A stretch of 63,185 bases of DNA, counting the filler, from Candidatus Woesearchaeota archaeon (lineage in GTDB: Archaea > Nanobdellota > Nanobdellia > Woesearchaeales > DATGWN01), in the NCBI GenBank assembly GCA_047603125.1. It is 6 parts of 5 records of this genome, joined end to end, with 100 filler letters (N's around TTAATTAATTAA, not from the genome) between each part and the next. Parts side by side here need not be neighbours in the genome. Positions count along the whole stretch, not along the records: positions 44,351 to 59,217 come from JBLKOU010000025.1; positions 59,318 to 63,185 come from JBLKOU010000060.1; 4 more parts are not named here. The stretch is one strand, 5' to 3'. Positions 51,641 through 60,559 of the stretch are shown in pieces (within the stretch, counting starts at the first letter, position 1; each line of letters begins with the position of its first letter). The notes under the pieces are model-generated. The model was not told the DNA's origin. It saw nothing but the letters and a program-made list of their open reading frames with translations, and ran no database searches. The position numbers and the translations under genes are program-made.

Positions 51641-52517
51641 TCGAATTTTTCTTGCGATTATTCCTCCAGCAATTGCTGTAAAATTTGGGTTTTTGCGAGG
51701 ATTTGCTCAGTACGTGATTCGATTTGATAAGGCATTTCTACAGAATTATCGTTATTTTCACTCTCGCTATACGCCTGTTGAATATTTGCAAATTGGTTTG
51801 TTTTCTTATTTTTTACTCAGTGGGCTTCTCACATATGTTCTTTTCCAATCATTTTCTAACCAAGTAGATACCGCGCGCGCAATTATACTTGCGATGTGTG
51901 TCGGTGTTACTGCGCTTGGTATCATGTTATTTTTATCGTTGAAACATCCTCTCTCTTTAGCAAAATCAAAGGCTAAAGAAACAGATAAAACATTGTTGTA
52001 TGCGCTGCGAGATTTATCTTTACAAATTAATTCAGGAAATACTGCGTACACTGCGCTTTCCAATGTTGCAAAAAGTAAGTATGGAGGCGCGTCAGAGCAG
52101 CTAGAATTTCTTGTTCGTGACATGCGTGTAGGCAAACCTTTAGAGGAATCAATTCGACATCGTATTACCTTAACCCAATCTGAGTATCTGCGAAAGGCGT
52201 ATTGGCAATTACTCAATAGCTTTCGAGCAGGAAGTAATCTTAAAGAAGGATTAGAATCAGTTATTGCTGAACTTGATAGAAAACAGCGTCACGATATTGA
52301 CAATTATGCTAAGGAGCTGAACTTGTGGTCTCTTATTTACATGTTGTTTTCTGTTGCTATCCCAACAATTGGGTTGACAATGCTTGTTATACTTTCATCA
52401 TTTGCAGGGTATTCAATAACAGAAGGGACATTTTTCTTTTTTATTGGTGCTTGTGTGTTTGTTCAAATTATTTTAATAATACTTGTAAAAATGAGAAGAC
52501 CGGTGGTGCAGTTTTAA
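51630..52517 (+). CDS. TadB/TadC-like (T2SSF) pilus platform protein
   Basis: T2SSF pattern (LYALRDLSLQINSG...YG..SE) with TM helices; downstream of the ATPase. Confidence 0.85.
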   Translation: MKDDRIFLAIIPPAIAVKFGFLRGFAQYVIRFDKAFLQNYRYFHSRYTPVEYLQIGLFSYFLLSGLLTYVLFQSFSNQVDTARAIILAMCVGVTALGIMLFLSLKHPLSLAKSKAKETDKTLLYALRDLSLQINSGNTAYTALSNVAKSKYGGASEQLEFLVRDMRVGKPLEESIRHRITLTQSEYLRKAYWQLLNSFRAGSNLKEGLESVIAELDRKQRHDIDNYAKELNLWSLIYMLFSVAIPTIGLTMLVILSSFAGYSITEGTFFFFIGACVFVQIILIILVKMRRPVVQF

Positions 52518-53500
52518 TGAAATTATTCGATCGTATATTTTTTGGACTTTCAAATTTAGGGCCGAGTTTTTATAAGCAAAATTTCCGTCAAGTATTATTA
52601 TATGCTGCAGAAGAGAAACGATATTCATACTGGGGAGGCATGGCGATTTTTTTAGGGATATTGAGCACGGTGGTTTTACTCGCTTTGCATTATCAAATAA
52701 CAAACACTTTTTTTCGAACAATTGTTTTACTTTTGGGTGCGTTTTCTTTAGTGATTATTCCATTTTTATTTTTTTTGCGCTTTTCTATGATTAGCAATCG
52801 TCGTGCAAATGATGTTTCTAAAGCGCTTCCAAATGCACTTTCTTTAATTGCTGCGAATTTGCGAGCAGGGATGACGCCATTTCAAGCAGTCAAACTTGCA
52901 GCCATTCCTGAGTTTGGAGTTTTAGGTGAGGAATTTAAAATTGCAACGAGCCGTTCACAAAGCACATATGGGTTTGTTTATTATTTAGAGGAAATGAATA
53001 CGCGTGTGAATTCACCTGCACTTCATAGAACGATGCGTTTGTTTGTAACCTCGATTCGTTCAGGTGGGAGAACAGCAGAATTACTTGATCGTTTATCAAA
53101 GGATATTTCAGATAGAAATGAGCTCAAGGCGCAAATGCTCTCAAATGTCAAGACAAATGCAATGTTTATTATGTTTATTATTATAATAGGAACGCCAGTT
53201 TTAATGGCAGTTTCTATTTATTTTGTTGATACGGTTACTGATATTCAGCAAAATTCAAGTTTTGGAACTACCTCGTCTTTGGGTGGTTTTGGTGGAGCGA
53301 TTACTATTACCTCGCAATTTATCGCCTACGTTTCGTACATAGTTTTATTTATCACTTGTATTAGTGCATCTTTATTTTTAGGAACAATAACAGATGGGGA
53401 TCCAAAACAAGGGTTGAGATTGGCTCCAATATTGTTGATATTATCATATGCGGTCTTTTTTATTGCACGATTTTTAACGGCGTTTTTTTTAGGAGGTTGA
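52517..53500 (+). CDS. TadC-like (T2SSF) pilus platform protein
   Basis: LPNALSLIAANLRAGMTP...EFGVL..E; ATG overlaps the preceding TAA. Confidence 0.88.
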   Translation: MKLFDRIFFGLSNLGPSFYKQNFRQVLLYAAEEKRYSYWGGMAIFLGILSTVVLLALHYQITNTFFRTIVLLLGAFSLVIIPFLFFLRFSMISNRRANDVSKALPNALSLIAANLRAGMTPFQAVKLAAIPEFGVLGEEFKIATSRSQSTYGFVYYLEEMNTRVNSPALHRTMRLFVTSIRSGGRTAELLDRLSKDISDRNELKAQMLSNVKTNAMFIMFIIIIGTPVLMAVSIYFVDTVTDIQQNSSFGTTSSLGGFGGAITITSQFIAYVSYIVLFITCISASLFLGTITDGDPKQGLRLAPILLILSYAVFFIARFLTAFFLGG

Positions 53501-53503
53501 TTG

Positions 53504-53935
53504 ATGAGTAACACAAGAGCACAAACTGCAATGGAATTAACAGCGGTCGTTGTTTTAGTATTTGTCTTTTCTCTGATTGTTGCCTTTTCTTTTGAGCAGT
53601 CCCCGTTTTTTTTCCTTAATACGGATGTGCAGACAAAACAGTATTTTTCGTCGTTGCCTGTTGGTATTTATGCAATGAGCACAAATCAAACGCATGTGCA
53701 TGTGGCATTAGTCAATAATTTATTAGAGCCTGTCAATGTGACGCAGTTTGTTTTACAGAATCAGCAGATGGAATTTGAGTCGCTTGAGATTCTGCCTGGT
53801 GAAATTGGCATTATTTCATCTCCTCTTCATGTGCAAGCAAGGAGGTATGCTTTTACGATTGCGATGGAATATACACTCATTGATTCAGATTATCCTGTTT
53901 TCTATTCGAGTCAGGGTATTGAATATGTGATTTGA
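53504..53935 (+). CDS. Type IV pilin-like protein with class III signal peptide
   Basis: MSNTRA/QTAMEL followed by a hydrophobic helix; GGAGG RBS. Confidence 0.8.
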   Translation: MSNTRAQTAMELTAVVVLVFVFSLIVAFSFEQSPFFFLNTDVQTKQYFSSLPVGIYAMSTNQTHVHVALVNNLLEPVNVTQFVLQNQQMEFESLEILPGEIGIISSPLHVQARRYAFTIAMEYTLIDSDYPVFYSSQGIEYVI

Positions 53936-53985
53936 GTTTTTTTGAATTGAGTATTTTAGGCGGCTGTGGGACAAAAGTCCCAAAT

Positions 53986-54144
53986 CTAGTCATTCAAAAC
54001 AATAACATAAAGCCTTTTTCCCATATATTTCTTTGGAATGTCTGCTTTCGCAGAAGTTCCAAACGGTTTCACCGTTCTTTCTAATACTTCTAATACATTA
54101 TCCTCTAAAAGGAATTTTTCTTTATTGATACTAATTTTTCTCAT
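53986..54144 (-). CDS. DUF2080-family transposon-associated small protein (52 aa, below the ORF track cut-off)
   Basis: Hand translation MRKISINKEKFLLEDNVLEVLERTVKPFGTSAKADIPKKYMGKRLYVIVLND. Confidence 0.8.
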   Translation of the reverse strand: MRKISINKEKFLLEDNVLEVLERTVKPFGTSAKADIPKKYMGKRLYVIVLND

Positions 54145-54199
54145 TTTATAAAGATATCTATAGATATATTTATAAAGTTATCTATTCTGTAATATGTGA

Positions 54200-55201
54200 A
54201 TGGTACGAAATAAACAATTAAAGGAACAATTACGGATATTAGATCAGTTGATTGCAGAGTATAAAGAATCAAAAGAGAAGTCTCAACGAGACTTCTGGAA
54301 GTATGAACAGAAATATATGAAGCGACTTCGAGAGGCAATCCGTTTTTTTCAAGAGCTTGTACCAAAAGCTGTGGCATTAACAAATTTTAACGAGCAAAAT
54401 AAAATGGGACGACCAGAAAAATTAAGTCTGGAACAGCGTGTTAAGATAATTCTTATTCAGAGAATTATGCAAAAAAGTAATCGCGAAATATCTCAAATGC
54501 TTGAAATATTCTCATATCTACAAGATGTAGATATTAGTTACAAGACTATTGAACGATTGTATGACGATGAGCGAATTCAAGTAATTTTATTTAATATGAA
54601 TACTCTAATTCGAGATGAATTAGATATAAGAAGTGTCAATTCTTCAGGAGACGGAACAGGATATCTGCTTTCTGTGAAAGAACATTATGCATCTGCAGCT
54701 CAGAAATTGAAAGAAAAAGGAAAGAAAAACGATTCCAAACGTAAAACATTCTTCAGTTTTACACTAATGGATATCCAAACGAGAATTTACATTGCGTTTG
54801 GAACAAGTTATCGGAGTGAAAAAGATGCATATAATAAAGCCATTGAAATGCTAAAAATAACTAATGTGGATCTAGATTCAATAAGGCTTGACAGATATTA
54901 TAGTGGTAAAAATCTAGTCAAATTCTTAAGTCAGAAATATCAGGGGATTAAATGTTATTTAATCCCAAAGAAAAATGCAATTGTTAAGGGTTCTCCAGCG
55001 TGGAAAAAGATGTTAGATGAATTTTGCAACAATATTAACAATTATTTGACAGAATATTTTAAGAGAAATAACTCAGAAAGTGGCTTTTCTGAAGACAAAA
55101 GGCGATTTGGATGGCGAATACCTCAAAGAATAGAAGAAAGAGTCAATTCAGCGTATCACACCATATTTACTTGGCATAATTTATTTTGGGTGGGACAATG
55201 A
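54200..55201 (+). CDS. DDE transposase
   Basis: GRP, SGDGTGY, RLDRYYS, YFKRNNSESGFS..KRRFG motifs; stop codon overlaps the right TIR. Confidence 0.92.
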   Translation: MVRNKQLKEQLRILDQLIAEYKESKEKSQRDFWKYEQKYMKRLREAIRFFQELVPKAVALTNFNEQNKMGRPEKLSLEQRVKIILIQRIMQKSNREISQMLEIFSYLQDVDISYKTIERLYDDERIQVILFNMNTLIRDELDIRSVNSSGDGTGYLLSVKEHYASAAQKLKEKGKKNDSKRKTFFSFTLMDIQTRIYIAFGTSYRSEKDAYNKAIEMLKITNVDLDSIRLDRYYSGKNLVKFLSQKYQGIKCYLIPKKNAIVKGSPAWKKMLDEFCNNINNYLTEYFKRNNSESGFSEDKRRFGWRIPQRIEERVNSAYHTIFTWHNLFWVGQ

Positions 55202-55224
55202 CTTTTGTCCCACAGCCGGAAAAA

Positions 55225-56253
55225 TCATAACATTCCTCCAAAAATCGACCCTAACACAATGCGAAAGAGTATATACGCTAAAAATGAACCTATAGTAAAA
55301 ACCGGAATATATTTGAGCCCGCCCTTGACATTTCCCTTCTCAATCATAGAAACAATCATGGAAGAGAATAGTGCAATCATAAAAATAGTCACTATGGAGA
55401 AGCGCTCAAAAAGCTCTAGATTAATAGCATCCGGGTCAATATCTCCAAACATGGCAACAGGACCAGCGCCACCCCCCGCAGCACCGCTTGCAGCAATCGA
55501 CCCAACAAATGTTTTAAGATAAATCAACAAATTAAACGCAAGCGAAAACAGCCCTGGCGCAATAATAACAACAATTGCACCAATAAAAATCATATAAGTA
55601 ATCACCGATGCAGAAAGCTCGGCTTTGAGTCGCTGTGTTGTTTTCAAATTTGTCACAAGACCATCCAATACATGACTAATCGAACCACCACTATCAATCT
55701 CACCCACAATTAAACTCATCGCACGCTTAAGCGAGGGTGAGTCATATTTTTCTGCCAGAGCAGTTAAGGCCTCACCCAAATCTTGCCCCGCCATAACTCG
55801 CTTGAGAACAATCTCCATTTCAAGTGCCATAATTCCGAAACTCGGCTTTATAGCAAACCACAGAGATTTTTCTAGTGATAACCCACTCTTAACATTTGTC
55901 GAGACCACTTGTAAATAGTCGGGGAGAATCGTTTCAATTTGCTGTGTTCGACGATAAATCTTGACATCCAGCATAAAATAAAAAATGAGTACCAATACAC
56001 CAATAAAAGCAAATGATAAGCCCACGACTGAGCCAAAAATAACTAAGAATAGCACGAATAAATTATCCGGAGAGATTGCAGGATAAATACCAAGCCAGAA
56101 AACAATGAATGTCAAAATCATGCTGGCAAAAAACATCATACCAAAAAAGTCGTATAAATCATGATAAATCCCCGCTTTTGCTAAATAGTTCTTTAAATGT
56201 GGTCGAACCTTTTTGGGAACGAATGCTTTTCCAAATTCTGCAAAAAAACTCAT
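55225..56253 (-). CDS. TadC-like (T2SSF) pilus platform protein
   Basis: IETILPDYLQVVSTNVKSG...FG..A.E motif; TM helices. Confidence 0.88.
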   Translation of the reverse strand: MSFFAEFGKAFVPKKVRPHLKNYLAKAGIYHDLYDFFGMMFFASMILTFIVFWLGIYPAISPDNLFVLFLVIFGSVVGLSFAFIGVLVLIFYFMLDVKIYRRTQQIETILPDYLQVVSTNVKSGLSLEKSLWFAIKPSFGIMALEMEIVLKRVMAGQDLGEALTALAEKYDSPSLKRAMSLIVGEIDSGGSISHVLDGLVTNLKTTQRLKAELSASVITYMIFIGAIVVIIAPGLFSLAFNLLIYLKTFVGSIAASGAAGGGAGPVAMFGDIDPDAINLELFERFSIVTIFMIALFSSMIVSMIEKGNVKGGLKYIPVFTIGSFLAYILFRIVLGSIFGGML

Positions 56254-57059
56254 ATATTCACCTGTGGCCGGATACTTTTAAACACATGTATGAAAAATAT
56301 TTGAATCATCATAACAACACTTCCAATTATTGTATACATTAACACATTAAGCTCAAAGGAAACAAGGTTTAAAACAACAACTATTAATGTCATTCCAAGA
56401 GACGGAATAATAATGGCAAGCAACATGTAAAACAACGCCACTGAGTTGAGTTTTTTTCCATATTTTTCAATCTCTAAATGTTGCTCTTCTTCAATTTCTT
56501 TAATAACAACTTCAAGGTTTTGAGAGACATCAACACCTATTTTAATGGCGTTTGTTATTTGAAAAAGAACTTTTTTAAAAAAGCGAGACTCAGTCATCTC
56601 CATCGCATTTGTGAGTGCTTGTTCTATCGGCGTTCCAAAATTAATATCATCCACAATTTCTTTAAAATACTTGGATGCAACACCATAACTTTGGGATGTT
56701 TCAATAAGTGCATTAAATAATGGTCGACCACTTGTTAATTTAATTAATAAAAAACGAGCTGCAAATAAAACTTCGTTATCAATCTCGCGTGCACGACGTT
56801 TCATAACCACTCTCGGTAATGCAAGTTGGGATTGCAAAATAACAAAAAAAGCTAATAGAGGAACCGCTGGAAGTAAAATAAGTGGAATACCAATTGCCGA
56901 CATCACAAAACCAGCAATGAGCGTTACGACAATCGTATACGTAATAGACGCCTGAAACGATCGCTTAATAAAATCATACACAGAAATATTCATATGTGCA
57001 GCTAAGAGTTCTCGTTTTAGATGCGGGTTTTTCTTGTAAATTGCATGAATAATGTCCAT
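56250..57059 (-). CDS. TadB/TadC-like (T2SSF) pilus platform protein
   Basis: EIDNEVLFAARFLLIKLTSG.PLFNAL...YG; paralogous to 51630-52517. Confidence 0.85.
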   Translation of the reverse strand: MDIIHAIYKKNPHLKRELLAAHMNISVYDFIKRSFQASITYTIVVTLIAGFVMSAIGIPLILLPAVPLLAFFVILQSQLALPRVVMKRRAREIDNEVLFAARFLLIKLTSGRPLFNALIETSQSYGVASKYFKEIVDDINFGTPIEQALTNAMEMTESRFFKKVLFQITNAIKIGVDVSQNLEVVIKEIEEEQHLEIEKYGKKLNSVALFYMLLAIIIPSLGMTLIVVVLNLVSFELNVLMYTIIGSVVMMIQIFFIHVFKSIRPQVNI

Positions 57060-57060
57060 T

Positions 57061-58509
57061 TTATGTTAAAACCAATTTATTTCTGTAGTAGTTTGCGATA
57101 ATTAATCCAATCTCATCAACATCACGAATGTTTTTTGCGACCAACCATTTAAGGATTTCAACTTTTCTATTGATATTATCCTCTAAATCTTTGTCAGTAA
57201 GTCCTGTGTAGAGTTTAATCGTCTCGAGAAAAATCTGCGATTTATTACGTGCAGTTAACTGATCTGTACGAGGGTCGTGTTGAAATAAGATGTTAGCATC
57301 CCCGTTTTCTAATAGTTCTGCAACCTGAAATGTTCGACGAAGCCCTGTTCGACGGTTTCGATTCTGAACTAAAAATAATGATAATGCACTGAGCATCGGT
57401 TTTGCAAGACTAATTGGCGCGTTTGTAAATCGCACAACTGCTTCTTGCGCAGTGTTTGCGTGAAATGTTCCATATACTGAGTGACCTGTATGCATGGCTT
57501 CCATTAAAATTTCGGCTTCTTCTTTTCGACGAATTTCTCCAACGATAATTCTATCTGGGCGCATACGAAGAGAGTTTACCAGTAAATGCAACATAGTAAC
57601 TTCTCCCTTTCCTTCAGGGTTTGCCATTCGTGTTTCCATAGGAACCCAGTGTAAATTCTGTGATAAGCGCAACTCACGCGTATCCTCTATTGATAAAATA
57701 CGCTGGTTTGGTGGGAAAAAGTTTGATAATACATTAAGCATTGATGTCTTTCCTGAACCCGTACCACCGACAATGATAACAGAAAGTTCATTTTCAATTG
57801 CCAGCCACACCATTGCCGCTGCGTAATACGACATTGTCCCGCGTTTTAAAAAATCCGTAATCGTCCAAGGATCTTTGGAAAACTTACGAATCGTCATCGT
57901 GTTTCCAAAACTGGAAACCGGTTTCAATGTTGCGTTGACACGATCACCAGATAATAAGTGTGCGTCCATTAAAGGAGAAAGAAGTGTAATTTCCTTGTTT
58001 ACATCACGCCCGATCATCGTCGAATAATGACGAATTTGTTTATCTGAGCTTACCGTGATATTTGTTTTACACCAACCAAATTGTTTATGATAGACCCAGA
58101 TCGGCTCATGCGAACCATTGACAACAATCTCTTCTAGATGTTCATCATGTAGCAACAATTCTAAATCACCCAGTCCCAAATCCTGGGAAAGGATGTAATT
58201 CATAAGCATTTTTTCGGTTCGCTCATCAATACCTGGGAAATATTTTATCAGAAGTTTTTTCACTTCTGCTGAAAAACGCGATTTAATCTGCTCAATTTCA
58301 TCATTTTCATCGAAGCGTACATTTCCTAAATTTACGCTTGAAATAAATTCTTCACGAATTTTCTCCAAAATAACTTTGGTCATTTCACTAATATTTGCAA
58401 TCGATGAGAAATATTGTGGAACAAACTCCTCATCAGTATTTGCAATTTCTATAGTAACAACAACATCATTTAATGATACTGAATACGTCGCTAAAACCTC
58501 TTTTTTCAT
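57061..58509 (-). CDS. Type IV pilus/Tad assembly ATPase (CpaF family)
   Basis: Walker A GGTGSGKT, SIEDTRE, LRMRPDRIIVGEIR, AMHTGH. Confidence 0.93.
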   Translation of the reverse strand: MKKEVLATYSVSLNDVVVTIEIANTDEEFVPQYFSSIANISEMTKVILEKIREEFISSVNLGNVRFDENDEIEQIKSRFSAEVKKLLIKYFPGIDERTEKMLMNYILSQDLGLGDLELLLHDEHLEEIVVNGSHEPIWVYHKQFGWCKTNITVSSDKQIRHYSTMIGRDVNKEITLLSPLMDAHLLSGDRVNATLKPVSSFGNTMTIRKFSKDPWTITDFLKRGTMSYYAAAMVWLAIENELSVIIVGGTGSGKTSMLNVLSNFFPPNQRILSIEDTRELRLSQNLHWVPMETRMANPEGKGEVTMLHLLVNSLRMRPDRIIVGEIRRKEEAEILMEAMHTGHSVYGTFHANTAQEAVVRFTNAPISLAKPMLSALSLFLVQNRNRRTGLRRTFQVAELLENGDANILFQHDPRTDQLTARNKSQIFLETIKLYTGLTDKDLEDNINRKVEILKWLVAKNIRDVDEIGLIIANYYRNKLVLT

Positions 58510-58518
58510 TTTTTCCCC

Positions 58519-59217
58519 TTATATACAATTTTTTTGTAAATCTTGTTTTGCCGCTAATAACTGGGCGCGAATTTTATTTGCTTTTTGCTCAATCTCATCA
58601 CTATGATTTTGAGAATACGGATCAGGATGTGATGGCATTTCATGGAAAGGTTGATTGTGAGAGTGCATATGATCAGAATAGATTGGTCGATTTTCTTTTG
58701 GCGTGTCTTCATGATGGCCTTTGAGTAAGAAATTATGCACATCAGAGACTTGCGAATTACCTTTTTGAGGAGTTATTGGTTTGTCAGCCTTCGGTTCTGG
58801 TTTAGGAGCGCTTGGCTCTAAGGACGGGAGTGCTGGCGCAGTATCTGACTTGTGTTCAACTGCAGGTTTGGGTTGCGATATAGGAGGAGCAGGTTGTGGA
58901 GAAGGTGCAGGTGGTTTTTGTTCGACTGCTGGTTTAGGTTGCGATATAGAAGCGACAGGTTGTGGAGAAGGTGCAGGTGGTTTTTGTTCAACTGCAGGTT
59001 TGGGTTGCGATGGCGGAGTAGCGGATTGTGAAGAGGAAGCAGGTGGTTTTTGTTCGACTGCTGGTTTAGGTTGTGATATAGGAGGAGCAGGTTGTGGAGA
59101 AGGTGCAGGTGGTTTTTGTTCGACTGCTGGTTTAGGTTGAGATATAGGAGGAGCAGGTTGTGGAGAAGGTGCAGGTGGTTTTTGTTCGACTGCTGGCTGA
59201 GAAGGCTGTTTAATTGG
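58519..59217 (-). CDS. Proline-rich repeat protein, C-terminal part (5' end lost in gap)
   Basis: Open frame of 233 codons from the contig edge: (PAVEQKPPAPSPQPAPPISQPK)n, then a His-rich tail. Confidence 0.7.
   Translation of the reverse strand, partial: PIKQPSQPAVEQKPPAPSPQPAPPISQPKPAVEQKPPAPSPQPAPPISQPKPAVEQKPPASSSQSATPPSQPKPAVEQKPPAPSPQPVASISQPKPAVEQKPPAPSPQPAPPISQPKPAVEHKSDTAPALPSLEPSAPKPEPKADKPITPQKGNSQVSDVHNFLLKGHHEDTPKENRPIYSDHMHSHNQPFHEMPSHPDPYSQNHSDEIEQKANKIRAQLLAAKQDLQKNCI
58853..59196 (-). repeat. 66-bp coding tandem repeat, about 5 copies
   Basis: GCAGGTGGTTTTTGTTC recurs with 66-nt period (58907, 58973, ...). Confidence 0.9.
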
Positions 59218-59317
59218 NNNNNNNNNNNNNNNNNNNNNNNNNNNNNNNNNNNNNNNNNNNNTTAATTAATTAANNNNNNNNNNNNNNNNNNNNNNNNNNN
59301 NNNNNNNNNNNNNNNNN
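59218..59317. other. Artificial contig linker
   Basis: N44-TTAATTAATTAA-N44. Confidence 0.98.
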
Positions 59318-59615
59318 TATTTTTAATAAAAAATAGCCAACTGTCAAATGAAATTCCCGCACTAAATAGTTGACAAACTGTCAAACTTGGGTTTTTAGGC
59401 AAATGTTAATTCCAAACCATGTTTATTAGAAAAGTAATCTTTGTCAGCAGGATAACCACAAAAAAATCAGCAAACAATATAGTAAAAACGTGCAGGTATC
59501 TTCGATACGGGATGCTCTATTACGCAACTATATCATATTCTTCATTTTTTTGATCAATCACCACACAGACATCAAAAACAACAAATTTATAAATGTGTCA
59601 TCACTTGCTAGTTAC

Positions 59616-59903
59616 ATGAGATTTTCAGAATATACCTCACCTAGTATGTACCGGATTACTTTAACAAGAAGTCCCTTCGAGATTCTCGGATATGAAGAAA
59701 CGAAAAAAGGCGAGCAAGTCTATAGAAAAACAATTGATTCCCATATTATTTTTGATTTGCAAACAAAGACTGCAACAAAAATAAGCAGAGGAGAACAAGA
59801 ACCAGTCGCATATAATGACCGTCAAGTTGAACAAATACTAAGCATTCTCAGCCTTGGTTCACAAAGGCTTCTTAAAAAAAACCACTTGGATGATTTACTA
59901 TGA
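59616..59903 (+). CDS. Hypothetical protein coupled to the kinase
   Basis: ATG after TTTATAAA (about 59586); ATGA overlap with the next gene. Confidence 0.55.
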   Translation: MRFSEYTSPSMYRITLTRSPFEILGYEETKKGEQVYRKTIDSHIIFDLQTKTATKISRGEQEPVAYNDRQVEQILSILSLGSQRLLKKNHLDDLL

Positions 59904-60559
59904 TAGAACAAGGAAGTTTAAGTTTTGTTTATGAAGACGAAAACGAACCCTATGTCTACAAGAAAAATGAATCCTCTGTTGATACTGCTGTTCTTGATAC
60001 GCTACTTCAACTAAACGATCCTCGCGTTCTCAGTCCTCTAGAATATACCAAAGGAAAATTTGTTATTGAATTATATCCAAAAATACAGGCACCCCCGCTT
60101 GTCGATTATTTTCACCAAACTCCGGATTTAGATAAGCGTGACATCGCCAACATAATGATCGAATGTTCTCTTGCAACAAGAACACTTCATGAAAATAACA
60201 TATGTCATCGCGATATTCACCTAGGAAATTTTTTTTGGAATAATCAAAAAGCACTCATTTTTGATTACAATCGCTCCTCATTTATGGGACCAAACACACA
60301 CGACTATCGATATTTAACTCCAATACAAATAAGAGAAATTCAAGAATCTTGCCCTCAATATCCACAAGAAGAGTTTCTATTTGGACACCCAATCACAGAA
60401 AAATACGACATCTACTCACTTGCAGTTCTATTTGAAAGTTTAACCACCCCTTGGGCAAGTAATCGAAAGTTAACCAAAATTATTTCTCGTGCAAAACAGC
60501 CATTCCCAAAACGAACCAAAAATATCGAGCAATTTCTTGACGAGTTACACTCAATTTAA
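59900..60559 (+). CDS. Hanks-type Ser/Thr protein kinase-like protein
   Basis: CHRDIHLGN catalytic loop, IFDYN (DFG-equivalent), PQEE, KYDIYSLA. Confidence 0.8.
   Translation: MIEQGSLSFVYEDENEPYVYKKNESSVDTAVLDTLLQLNDPRVLSPLEYTKGKFVIELYPKIQAPPLVDYFHQTPDLDKRDIANIMIECSLATRTLHENNICHRDIHLGNFFWNNQKALIFDYNRSSFMGPNTHDYRYLTPIQIREIQESCPQYPQEEFLFGHPITEKYDIYSLAVLFESLTTPWASNRKLTKIISRAKQPFPKRTKNIEQFLDELHSI

Larger units (their letters stand above)
53961..55218. mobile_element. Insertion sequence, ISA1214-like (ISNCY) organisation, 1258 bp
   Basis: Perfect 19-bp terminal inverted repeats CGGCTGTGGGACAAAAGTC (53961-53979 / 55200-55218); DDE transposase plus a small divergent ORF; no target duplication visible. 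Confidence 0.9.

Noticed and set aside
53986..54144. Possible -1 frameshift at GGGAAAAAGG in the DUF2080 gene
   Set aside because: Careful translation shows the frame is intact through to TAG.
58853..59196. 66-bp periodic repeat as a CRISPR array; plus-strand Gly/Cys ORF 58781-59140
   Set aside because: No unique spacers, and the period is a multiple of 3 encoding a Pro-rich repeat on the minus strand, in line with the downstream operon. The plus ORF is its shadow.
59335..59400. TTGACAAACTGTCAA hairpin resembling one arm of the structured family
   Set aside because: No outer stem, GGYG/CRCC helix or AAG bulge; it lies at a contig edge, so evidence is insufficient.
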